Source: an archaeon
Lineage (GTDB): Archaea; Nanobdellota; Nanobdellia; SCGC-AAA011-G17; GW2011-AR20
Reading direction: 5' to 3'
Length of the DNA: 56,778 nucleotides
Assembly (NCBI GenBank): GCA_043808705.1
Contig: JAZDEO010000005.1
Location: 1 to 56,778 of the forward strand
Below the pieces are notes generated by a model. It had not been told where the DNA came from and did no database searches. It saw nothing but the letters and a program-made list of their open reading frames with translations. Shown here one piece after another: positions 46,454-55,406 of this stretch. Every line of letters starts with the position of its first letter. Positions within the stretch are counted from its first letter, which is position 1. Position numbers and translations under genes: made by a program.

Positions 46454-49327
46454 TTAAATATAACTCAATATCTCTCTTATCAGTTCTTCTTTCCAACCCT
46501 TACTCCTTAATTCCTTTTCTATCTGATCTTTGCTGAAACCATCACCTTTAGCTTTTTTTACAGCAATAACAACATTCCTTAACTCAGGTTTTATTTCTCT
46601 GTATATAGGTGTTTGAACTGCTTGAATTGTTGTTTGTGTTTTTAATTTATTGTCTAATTTCTTTTTTCTAAATGGTCCCCTGAAATAAATAAGTAAAGCG
46701 CATAATATTATCAAAATAAACAACAATATTAAAGCAATATATGTGCTTTTTATCCCTTTACCTTTATTTACATAATCTTGTATTTCTCCACTAATTCCTT
46801 CACCAAGATTAGAAATACCTAATTGATCAGCAAAAGTAGGAGTACACGATTGAACTAAAGAAGGCTTTCCTTCATTTGTTCCACAATTATTGAAATCAGA
46901 ACAGGTTCTTGTTTGTGTTTTTGTTTGCGAGGAACAAGAGCCCCAATCCAAACAAGACCATTGTGGCATACATGAATCTTCATCATCTCCAGATCCTCCC
47001 GATCCTCCACCACCGCCTCCTCCTCCAGGAGACGATTGAACACTTATCGAAACATTGTTTGAATAATTTAAATATATATTAGATGGTATTGTCTCAGTTA
47101 TTATAACATAGGCTATATAATTTCCAACAGTTTGATATGTATACTGAAGATAATTTTGATCATAACTAGTGTACACAAGAGGTATATTATTTCCTAAATA
47201 CCAAGTATAATTGATATTAGGGCCAGTTGTTCCCGTTAAATTAAACAGTACAATTAAAGGAACCGTTCCAGTTGTTGGATTAGCGCTTAATAAATATGAT
47301 AAATTTGTTGCATTAGTTGTATTTGCATTTGATGAAATTTGTACAATATTTGAAACACCAATCATCTGACCATTATTCCATACCTGTACGAAGGTATTAT
47401 AGTTTCCATAATTTTGATAAACATGTTGCATACTTGTTTGGGTATTTGTAATTGTTTGATCTCCAAAATACCATCTAAACTGAGAATTTATAGGAAAATC
47501 TCCATTTAAATTAAAATTAACTGTTAAAGGAATTGTTCCATTTGTTGGATTAGCGCTTAATAAATAATCATAATATTGTGGTTGTTGAGAAAATACTGCA
47601 GTAGCAGTTTTTACTGAATTCATTGTTATAGTACAAGTACTTGTTCCTGAACATGCACCCTCCCAATGAGAAAATGTATATCCTGGATTTGGTGAAGCTG
47701 TTAATGTTACACTAGTTCCTGAAATATATGGTAGAGAACATGTTAATCCACAATTAATATTAGTTTGTATCGGATTACTTGTGCCTGTTACAGTTCCAGA
47801 CCCTTGTTTTGTAACTGTTAATATATATGTTGATTGAAATTGTGAATTAAATACTACGCCAACAACCTTATTAGAATTCATTGTTACAGTACATATTGTT
47901 GATTGTGAACTACATATCCCACCAGTCCATCCAGCAAAAGTACTTCCATCCATTGGTAAAGCTGTTAATGTTACACTAGTTCCAGATGTATATGCTTGAT
48001 TACAATCACTTCCACAACTAATACCAGAGGGATTAGATGAAACATCCCCCTCTCCTGTTCCTGATTTATTAACTGTTAATGTAAACTGATTTACTATAGG
48101 TTTACATAAACCACTATAATAAACTATATTCGATGTTAATTGTTCTTCTGGACCATCATCACAACTAGCATATAAATCACAGTATTGATTAGGCCCGCAA
48201 TCTGAATTATAATCACAATCACACATCTCTTGAGGCGGAGATGTAACAGATACAGGTAAAATATTTGATTGCCCTAATTTAACATTATTATTATAGACCT
48301 CTACATAATTATTATAATTTCCCGCTGCACTAAAAACATGAGTCATGCTCATTAATGAATTTGTTACTATTTGACTTCCAAAATGCCATTTATATAAGCC
48401 ATTAATTAATGGATCATCCATCTGTAGAGAAAAAGAAACTGTTAAAGGAAAACTTCCAGAAGTTTGATTAGCAGTTAATAAATATGGATTTCCACCCGAA
48501 GCAACATTAACATGATTAGATGTTCCAACTATCTGACCATTTACTATAACCTCAACAAAATTATCATAACTACCAACTTGATATATATAATTCATATTCA
48601 TTAATGAATTTGTTACTATTTGACTTCCAAAATGCCATTCAAATTGAGCACCAACCGGAGGATCTCCAGATAATGAAAGAGAAGATATTAAAGGAGCAGT
48701 TCCAGATACAGGAGATGCTGTTAATAAGTAATCTAGTGTAGGAGAGAGAGAATTACCAGCATAATTAAGATTATAATTAAGCTGATTAGGGTCATTAGAC
48801 GCAATTTGTATAACTCCATTATAAGCTCCTAGTTGTATTGGAGCAAACGTAAATATTATATTATGACTCTGTCCATATTCAACAGTAAATGTTTGTTCTG
48901 ATACAGAAATAAAAGAGGGCGTTGTTATGCTTATAATATTTAGAGGTAAAGTCCCAGTATTTGATATTGTTATTACTTTATTATTAGATTGACCAAAAGT
49001 AATATCATCAAAAATTAAAGATGTTGGATTAACACTAATGCTTGGGGTTTCTTGACCAATAGGTTCTCTACAGTAACCATGTTTTCCAGTAACAGCACCA
49101 TTACATGCATAAGGACTAGTGTCACAAATTATAGCAGGTAATGAACATTCCTGAAAACTGTCACAATTACAATTAGGTATTGGTGCACCAACACTCTGTT
49201 TTTTGAATATACTTCCAAAGAAATTACCGATAGAGCCAAAGACCTCTTTAAAGCTAAATGCCTCTACATAAGTAGTGCTAATCAAAAGAAAACAGATTAT
49301 AAATACTACAATAACCTCTTTTTTCAT
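46454..49327 (-). CDS. Large surface protein: Cys motifs, Ig/ASH-like domain, four PKD-like and two InlB-B-like repeats, Gly linker, TM, cytoplasmic GW tail
   Basis: Signal peptide, YLLxAxxxxGxxPL repeats, SGTSVTLTA...F.xW.G.C repeats, WSCLDWGSC...QTRTC.D.NNC, TM, LRSKGWKEELI. Confidence 0.8.
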   Translation of the reverse strand: MKKEVIVVFIICFLLISTTYVEAFSFKEVFGSIGNFFGSIFKKQSVGAPIPNCNCDSFQECSLPAIICDTSPYACNGAVTGKHGYCREPIGQETPSISVNPTSLIFDDITFGQSNNKVITISNTGTLPLNIISITTPSFISVSEQTFTVEYGQSHNIIFTFAPIQLGAYNGVIQIASNDPNQLNYNLNYAGNSLSPTLDYLLTASPVSGTAPLISSLSLSGDPPVGAQFEWHFGSQIVTNSLMNMNYIYQVGSYDNFVEVIVNGQIVGTSNHVNVASGGNPYLLTANQTSGSFPLTVSFSLQMDDPLINGLYKWHFGSQIVTNSLMSMTHVFSAAGNYNNYVEVYNNNVKLGQSNILPVSVTSPPQEMCDCDYNSDCGPNQYCDLYASCDDGPEEQLTSNIVYYSGLCKPIVNQFTLTVNKSGTGEGDVSSNPSGISCGSDCNQAYTSGTSVTLTALPMDGSTFAGWTGGICSSQSTICTVTMNSNKVVGVVFNSQFQSTYILTVTKQGSGTVTGTSNPIQTNINCGLTCSLPYISGTSVTLTASPNPGYTFSHWEGACSGTSTCTITMNSVKTATAVFSQQPQYYDYLLSANPTNGTIPLTVNFNLNGDFPINSQFRWYFGDQTITNTQTSMQHVYQNYGNYNTFVQVWNNGQMIGVSNIVQISSNANTTNATNLSYLLSANPTTGTVPLIVLFNLTGTTGPNINYTWYLGNNIPLVYTSYDQNYLQYTYQTVGNYIAYVIITETIPSNIYLNYSNNVSISVQSSPGGGGGGGGSGGSGDDEDSCMPQWSCLDWGSCSSQTKTQTRTCSDFNNCGTNEGKPSLVQSCTPTFADQLGISNLGEGISGEIQDYVNKGKGIKSTYIALILLFILIILCALLIYFRGPFRKKKLDNKLKTQTTIQAVQTPIYREIKPELRNVVIAVKKAKGDGFSKDQIEKELRSKGWKEELIREILSYI
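48349..48639. repeat. Identical 42-bp direct repeat within the surface protein gene (48349-48390 and 48598-48639)
   Basis: tcattaatgaatttgttactatttgacttccaaaatgccatt occurs twice; 25-bp identical pairs also at 47272/47542 and 47695/47959. Confidence 0.85.
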
Positions 49328-49464
49328 ATAAAAATTATATTCTTAAATATATATAAATCTTACTAAATCTTTAAATATCCCCAAAATATGACAATTTCTG
49401 ATTTTCAAAAATTATATAAACAGAAATATAATCCTTTATACAAGGAGGTAAGGAGGAATTCAAG

Positions 49465-49659
49465 ATGAGTGCACTAAAAGGTCTCGTAAAAGTTATTTTA
49501 GGAGTATTGTTAGTAATAATTGCTTTATTTGTTGCTATAAAATATAGTGGTTGGGGTCAGGCAACATTGAATTTGATAAAAGGCGGTATAATATTAACAA
49601 TAATCTTTGTAGGCCTAATATTCTTCATGTTAGGAATCACAGACGTAAAAAATGATTAA
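49465..49659 (+). CDS. 64-aa two-TM membrane protein
   Basis: Two hydrophobic helices; tandem SD AAGGAGGTAAGGAGG upstream. Confidence 0.8.
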   Translation: MSALKGLVKVILGVLLVIIALFVAIKYSGWGQATLNLIKGGIILTIIFVGLIFFMLGITDVKND

Positions 49660-49747
49660 TAAGAAAAAAGTAGATGTAGAAAAAATTCTAAATGAAGAAC
49701 TATTAGAAGAATTAGAGGAAGACACAGAAATCTATGCAGCCTCTTAA
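49652..49747 (+). CDS. Possible 31-aa acidic peptide
   Basis: MINKKKVDVEKILNEELLEELEEDTEIYAAS; overlaps the previous stop codon and fills the gap to the next gene. Confidence 0.45.
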   Translation: MINKKKVDVEKILNEELLEELEEDTEIYAAS

Positions 49748-49762
49748 TTTTTTCTTTTTAAA

Positions 49763-50308
49763 ATGCCTTTAATTTCAATAACAGAAATAGTTTATATTAT
49801 TGTTCTTACTGTAGTTATAGGATATATATTTTCTGGTTACATCAAAAGAACCTCTGTAATTGATATCAAACCAAGATTTAAAGAAATAAAACTAGCCATA
49901 ATAATTGCAGCCCCAGGAATTATATTACATGAATTGGCTCATAAATTTACAGCCCTAGCATTTGGATTATCAGCTAAATTTTATATATGGTTTTTTGGTT
50001 TAATTTTAGGGTTATTACTAAGAGTACTTAACTCACCTTTCCTTATCTTAGCTCCAGGATATGTAAGTATAGAAGGAGGCACTCAATCTCAACTAGCTTT
50101 AGTTGCATTTGCAGGCCCATTTATAAATCTCTCACTATTTTTAATAGCACATTTTTTATTAAAGAAGAAAAATTTAAAGAAAAAGTATTTGCTTCCATTA
50201 TATTTAACAAAGATGATAAACTTATGGCTTTTTATCTTTAACATGTTGCCTGTTCCACCATTAGATGGTTATCAGGTATTTTATCACTTATACAAATTAA
50301 TATTTTAA
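49763..50308 (+). CDS. M50 family (site-2) membrane metalloprotease
   Basis: HELAH, AGP, FNMLPVPPLDG. Confidence 0.9.
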   Translation: MPLISITEIVYIIVLTVVIGYIFSGYIKRTSVIDIKPRFKEIKLAIIIAAPGIILHELAHKFTALAFGLSAKFYIWFFGLILGLLLRVLNSPFLILAPGYVSIEGGTQSQLALVAFAGPFINLSLFLIAHFLLKKKNLKKKYLLPLYLTKMINLWLFIFNMLPVPPLDGYQVFYHLYKLIF

Positions 50309-50336
50309 AATATAAATCCAATATAAAATATAAAGT

Positions 50337-51191
50337 CTAGAACCTAATTCTTTTTAATTTTTGTAGAAATCCCTTTTTCTCATTTTTAATTTTATTAACT
50401 TTAATCTTTTCTTTTTTAATCTTTTTAATCTTCTTAACAGGTTTAACAGTTTTCTTAACAACTAATTTCTTTTTAGTCTTTTTCTCAATTTTTTTAATTA
50501 TCGCTTTCTTTTTATATTTAAATTCTCTCTTCTTAATGTTCTTAGCAATCTTCCACTTTAATAATTTCTTGGGTTTTTTCTCAATTTTTTTCTTAGTTTT
50601 TTTAATCTCCTTCTCAATCTTTTTCTTCTTTGACTTCTTCTCTTTTTTCTTAGTTTCCTCTTTTATCAATTGAACATCAATAGGTTTATTCAATAACTCG
50701 AGGTCTTTTTCCAATCCTGCTAATTCCTCATTAACCTTAGCTCCTTCATATTTTACCTCTTTCTTAACAAGTATTGATTCGCACTCTGGGCATTTAAAAT
50801 GATGTTCCATAGCATCAATAATCTTAAAGTTTATACAGCTATTAGGGCAGATATACAAATCTTCAACCTCATTCCTGTTAATCTTATTTAATTTCTCCAA
50901 AGATTTCTGTTTACTTATAATAATCAAGTCTCTAGCATGTTTAAAATTAAAGGTCCAATAATAAATATACCATCCCTTCTGTCTATCTTTCTTTCTAGTT
51001 GCATACACTAAATGATTAGAATAAAACTTATACAACAAATTTCTAACATAGTTAATGTTCATCCTTAGGTCTTCAGCTATCTTAAACTCGCTGACATTCT
51101 CTTTAGCCCCTATAGTTCTAAAAACCTTTAAAGAATCATCACCAAATTTTTTCTTTATGTAGTCTTCAATCATCTCTATTAAATTTTGCAT
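50337..51191 (-). CDS. tfe: Transcription factor E (TFIIE-alpha) with Lys-rich C-terminal tail
   Basis: wHTH SEFKIAE...VRNLLY, RKKDRQKGWYIYYW, Zn ribbon CPNSC...FKCPEC. Confidence 0.9.
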   Translation of the reverse strand: MQNLIEMIEDYIKKKFGDDSLKVFRTIGAKENVSEFKIAEDLRMNINYVRNLLYKFYSNHLVYATRKKDRQKGWYIYYWTFNFKHARDLIIISKQKSLEKLNKINRNEVEDLYICPNSCINFKIIDAMEHHFKCPECESILVKKEVKYEGAKVNEELAGLEKDLELLNKPIDVQLIKEETKKKEKKSKKKKIEKEIKKTKKKIEKKPKKLLKWKIAKNIKKREFKYKKKAIIKKIEKKTKKKLVVKKTVKPVKKIKKIKKEKIKVNKIKNEKKGFLQKLKRIRF

Positions 51192-51305
51192 AGCAAGAAA
51201 TCAAAATGAACAAATATAAAAATCTTTGTTTTTTTACTACACCCTAATTAATAAGAAGCTTTTTTAATTATTTCCTTCTTAATTAATAAAATACTAATTA
51301 AAGAG

Positions 51306-51905
51306 GTGTTTATTATGAGTTTATTCAAAAAGAAAGATAAAAATCAAGATAAGTTAGATTTACCAAAACCAGACTATCCTACGCCAACATATCCTACACC
51401 AGTATTTGAGCCTAAAAGACAAGACCTTAATATACCAAAATTTCCAGAACCAGATTTTTCTGAAAGTTTTCAGGCATATAAGCCAATAATGCCAAAGCCT
51501 TCTGTATCAAATATGGAAACAATAAAGGAAGCTGTAAAGCCAAAAATAGAGATTATAAGAGATGATTTAGATGATGACATGTTATCAACCCCAATAAGCA
51601 GGCCATCAAGAAGAGAAGAATCAAATCAACAGGTATTTGAATCTAAGACAATATTTGAATCAAAACCAATATTTGAATCCAGAAATAATGAAAATCCTTT
51701 GTTTGTTAAAATAGATACATATGAACAGGCTATAAAAGAAATTGAGATGATTAAAGATAACATAAGCAAGATTAATGAAATCTTGTTGAATTTAGACACA
51801 ATAAAGAGACAAGAGGATAAGGAAATAGAACAGTGGAAAGAAAGAGTTTCTAAGATAAAAGATAAGGTCATGTCTATAGACAAAAACTTATTTGAAAGAA
51901 GATGA
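51306..51905 (+). CDS. Hypothetical protein, Pro-rich N-terminus and coiled-coil C-terminus
   Basis: GAGGTG SD before MSLFKKK; PLFVKID followed by heptad repeats; three FES repeats. Confidence 0.75.
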   Translation: MFIMSLFKKKDKNQDKLDLPKPDYPTPTYPTPVFEPKRQDLNIPKFPEPDFSESFQAYKPIMPKPSVSNMETIKEAVKPKIEIIRDDLDDDMLSTPISRPSRREESNQQVFESKTIFESKPIFESRNNENPLFVKIDTYEQAIKEIEMIKDNISKINEILLNLDTIKRQEDKEIEQWKERVSKIKDKVMSIDKNLFERR

Positions 51906-52270
51906 TAATAGATAATGAAGTAGTTTACAAAAGGGTGTTTAATTATAAGAACATAAGAAGGAACTTGTTAAATACAGCTATAGAATCATTAAGGCTTTTA
52001 CAGGATTATGAAAGAATAAAGTCAATAAGAAAAGAGAAGTATCAATTATTTCTTTACGCAAAAGAAAAGGTATTAGAATTAAACAAACAGATAGAATCTC
52101 TAAAAGACAAGATGCCTAAGGCAAAAATAGAGAAAGAAAAGCCATTAAGATTTGATATTAAAGAATCAGTAGAAGGACACAAATTTAAGATAGAAAGACC
52201 AAAGATAAGCTCTTTAGATCTTGAACTCGAAAACATAAAGAATAAACTGCAAAATCTAAATATCTCTTAA
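51902..52270 (+). CDS. Hypothetical coiled-coil protein
   Basis: ATGA-coupled to the previous gene. Confidence 0.7.
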   Translation: MIIDNEVVYKRVFNYKNIRRNLLNTAIESLRLLQDYERIKSIRKEKYQLFLYAKEKVLELNKQIESLKDKMPKAKIEKEKPLRFDIKESVEGHKFKIERPKISSLDLELENIKNKLQNLNIS

Positions 52271-52310
52271 TTTACTTTTTAATAAATAGCCTTAATCTTA
52301 ATATAAAATC

Positions 52311-53999
52311 TTAATATAAAACAGCCTTTATCCTTCTTATTCCTGCAGCACTTGATTTTTCAGAAATTATCTTAAATTTTCCTAGTTCTTTAGTATTATT
52401 AACATGTGGTCCAGCGCATATCTCCTTAGAAAAATTTCCAATTGAATAGACTTTAACTCGTTCAGGGTATTTTTCCTTAAAGAAAGCTAAATAACCTTTA
52501 TTAACAGCATCCTTATAAGGCATTTCCCTATATTCAACATTTAATGCTTCTTTTATCCTGCTGTTTACAATGATTTCTACCTTATTTTTTTCCTCATTAG
52601 TCAAAGGTCTTTCAAAAGAAAAATCAAATCTTAATCTTTCTTCATTAATATCAGATCCAGCTTGTTGTACATTTCTTCCTAGAACTTGTCTTAAGGCTTC
52701 ATGCAATAAATGTGTTGCTGTATGTAATCTTTTTATTATATCAGATGATTCCTGGCCCTCTTTAAATCCATGACCACCAAACTTCTTTTCAGCTCCAGCT
52801 TTTGATATTTCTTGATGTTTTTTAAATTGAAGTTCAAATTCTTTTTCATCAACCTTTAATTTCTTTTCTTTGGCTATATCCTTTATAACCTCTATAGGTA
52901 ACCCAAAACTTTGATATAAATAAAAAGCATCTTTCCCAGATACCTTTTTCTTAAAATTTAATCTGTTAAATTCATTTAAAGCCTTATCTAAGGTTTTTTC
53001 AAACCTCTCTTTTTCCTCATTTATTACTTTTAAAATATATCTTTCGTCTAATCTGTAATAATCTTTGTATATAGAAATTACAGCATCAACCAATTCCTCT
53101 AGATAATTCTCTTTGAAATTATAGAGTTTACCGTATCTTATTATTCTCCTCAAGATTCTTCTTAAAATATAGCCTTGTTCTACATTACTTGGAATTATTC
53201 CATCTGAAATTAAAAAAACAGAACCTTTTATATGATCGGCAATAATCCTTTTTATTTTTATATCAATATCAGGAAGTTTCTCAATAATAGGTTCAAAAAG
53301 GTCAGTCTCAAAAACACTTTTCTTATTCTGAACTATCATAGTTAATCTTTCTAATCCTATTCCTACATCAACACCGTTCTGTTTTAATAATTCCAATTTT
53401 TTATTTTTGTCTTGAAAATATTGATTAAAAACAAAATTTCCTATTTCTATATTATCAACATAAAACTCTACTGTAGGCCCGCAAGGTCCTTCCTCTCCTG
53501 TAGGACCCCAAAAATTATCATCTCGTCCAAGTTCCTTTATCTTTTTAAAACCCAATTTCTTTAAAATATTAAAAGATTCTTCATCTCTAGGCACATCTTT
53601 ATCACCCTTAAATATACTGGGAACTATTCTTTTTTGTTCTATACCTAAAACTTTTATAAAAAAGTCATATTCCATATTAATGCATTCTTCCTTAAAATAG
53701 TCACTAAATGAAAAATTTCCAAGCATCTCTAAAAAAGTTAAATGTGATTCATCACCCACATCATCAATGTCAGATGTCCTGAAGCATTTTTGTATGCTAA
53801 TAATTCTTTTTGAGCTAAAATCCCTTACAATATCTTTTTCTTGAGTGAAATAAGGCTTAAATTGTTGCATTCCAGCTGTAGTCAATAAAACAGATTTGTC
53901 ATCAGGAATTAAAAATGAAGATCTAACTAGCTTATGTCCATTTTTTTTAAAAAATTCAATAAATCTATCTCTTACATCAGATGATCTCATGTTAATCAT
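52311..53999 (-). CDS. alaS: Alanyl-tRNA synthetase, short form lacking the C-Ala domain
   Basis: TTAGMQQFK, QKCFR, FLEMLGNFS, GPCGP, GLERL, ADH, editing HTATH and EICAGPH; ends after GIRRI. Confidence 0.93.
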   Translation of the reverse strand: MINMRSSDVRDRFIEFFKKNGHKLVRSSFLIPDDKSVLLTTAGMQQFKPYFTQEKDIVRDFSSKRIISIQKCFRTSDIDDVGDESHLTFLEMLGNFSFSDYFKEECINMEYDFFIKVLGIEQKRIVPSIFKGDKDVPRDEESFNILKKLGFKKIKELGRDDNFWGPTGEEGPCGPTVEFYVDNIEIGNFVFNQYFQDKNKKLELLKQNGVDVGIGLERLTMIVQNKKSVFETDLFEPIIEKLPDIDIKIKRIIADHIKGSVFLISDGIIPSNVEQGYILRRILRRIIRYGKLYNFKENYLEELVDAVISIYKDYYRLDERYILKVINEEKERFEKTLDKALNEFNRLNFKKKVSGKDAFYLYQSFGLPIEVIKDIAKEKKLKVDEKEFELQFKKHQEISKAGAEKKFGGHGFKEGQESSDIIKRLHTATHLLHEALRQVLGRNVQQAGSDINEERLRFDFSFERPLTNEEKNKVEIIVNSRIKEALNVEYREMPYKDAVNKGYLAFFKEKYPERVKVYSIGNFSKEICAGPHVNNTKELGKFKIISEKSSAAGIRRIKAVLY

Positions 54000-54121
54000 C
54001 TAATAAACAATATTTATATATCTTACTATAGAATGCCTTTTTAATTTGTATGCTCTAGAATATAGGTCCAAGAGACAAGTCATCGAAGAAGATTTATAAA
54101 TTATTATGTCTTATACATATT

Positions 54122-55333
54122 ATGAACTGCATACAATGTAAAGGCAAGTATCTTTGTTCTAGACCTTTTTGTCCATTTCAAGTAAACTATAAGGTAATTC
54201 AAAAAGAGAGCTTTGATGGAAGTTCTCCTCCTCAGGTCTTTATAGGTTCTAAATTATATCCTAGAGCAAATGTAGGAATTTTAAGCCCGCCAGAAAAAAC
54301 AGAGGATTCCTGGATTTATAATAGCCCAAATTATTGGACACAAAACAAATATACAATAAATGAAATAGTAAATTTAAGAAAGAACTTAATAAATTCAAGA
54401 TTTGAAACCTCTATAAAAGAATCTTCAAAATTTTTAGATATTTCTAAGGAAATAGCAATGTCCTATAAGCCTGTAGATGTAGAAATAGAACTTCAAAAAA
54501 AGCCATTTGTAAATCAAAAATTTGACACAATTAATATGCCTGTAAGCATAGCATCTCCTTTAAAAAAAGTAAAGATAACATCAAATCCAAAAATACATCA
54601 AAAAGTAGACAAAGCAGTTAATGATACTGATTTAAAAGCAAATGAAGCTATATTATATTTAAAAGATTCATTTGATGAACATTTTTTAACACAACTTATT
54701 TCAATAGGTGTTCTAGGTTTAAAACATAATAGAAAACTAGTTCCAACAAGATGGAGCATTGTTTGTGTTGATAGTACATTAGGAAATGATTTTATAAACA
54801 AAATTAAAGAATATAAAGAATCAAATTATTTAATTTATTTTGGCGGATGTTATGGTAATTACTTTTTAGTTATGTTCTTTCCCGAAATATGGTCATATGA
54901 ACTATTTGAAATGTATATGCCAGAAGCTATTTGGAATCAAAATAATAAGATATCTTACACAACAGATTATGAAAATTATTATGGAAGAAAGACATACGCT
55001 AAAAACTGTGCTGGTGGTTATTATAGTAATCGCCTAGCAGTTTTAGAAAAACTAGAAAACCTAAAGAGACAAGCTAGTGTACTAGTAATCCGTTTTACAA
55101 CTAAAGAGTACACTACTAATTTGGGTGTTTGGGTTGTAAGAGAAGCTACAAGAGAAGCACTTAGAACAAAACCAATAGAATTTAATTCAAAGGAAAATAT
55201 GCTAAAATATGCAGAATTTCTGATTCATAAAAAATTTAATTATAATCTCTTTAACACAACAAAAGAGAGCATTATACTAAAAAATATAAATCAACAATGT
55301 AAACTATCAAAATTTTTTACCCAACATAATTAA
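54122..55333 (+). CDS. nreA: Archaeal DNA repair protein NreA/NreB (PCNA-interacting)
   Basis: N-terminal CxxC-x5-C-x3-C, GSSPP.VFIG, KLVPTRWSI, GGYY, GVWVVRE, C-terminal PIP box QCKLSKFF. Confidence 0.88.
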   Translation: MNCIQCKGKYLCSRPFCPFQVNYKVIQKESFDGSSPPQVFIGSKLYPRANVGILSPPEKTEDSWIYNSPNYWTQNKYTINEIVNLRKNLINSRFETSIKESSKFLDISKEIAMSYKPVDVEIELQKKPFVNQKFDTINMPVSIASPLKKVKITSNPKIHQKVDKAVNDTDLKANEAILYLKDSFDEHFLTQLISIGVLGLKHNRKLVPTRWSIVCVDSTLGNDFINKIKEYKESNYLIYFGGCYGNYFLVMFFPEIWSYELFEMYMPEAIWNQNNKISYTTDYENYYGRKTYAKNCAGGYYSNRLAVLEKLENLKRQASVLVIRFTTKEYTTNLGVWVVREATREALRTKPIEFNSKENMLKYAEFLIHKKFNYNLFNTTKESIILKNINQQCKLSKFFTQHN

Positions 55334-55406
55334 GATTTCAAATATTCAATTATAATTTTGTTAAAAAACAAAATTATTTTCACGGTCAGAAAATAAGAGA
55401 ATTAAA

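Noticed and set aside
46985-47030. GC-rich CCT/CCA/CCG tract as a non-coding element
   Set aside because: It encodes the poly-Gly/Ser linker (PGGGGGGGGSGGSG) of the surface protein.
48349-48639. Diversity-generating retroelement TR/VR pair
   Set aside because: The repeats are short, identical and in-frame in one gene, show no adenine-specific mismatches, and no reverse transcriptase is in the window.
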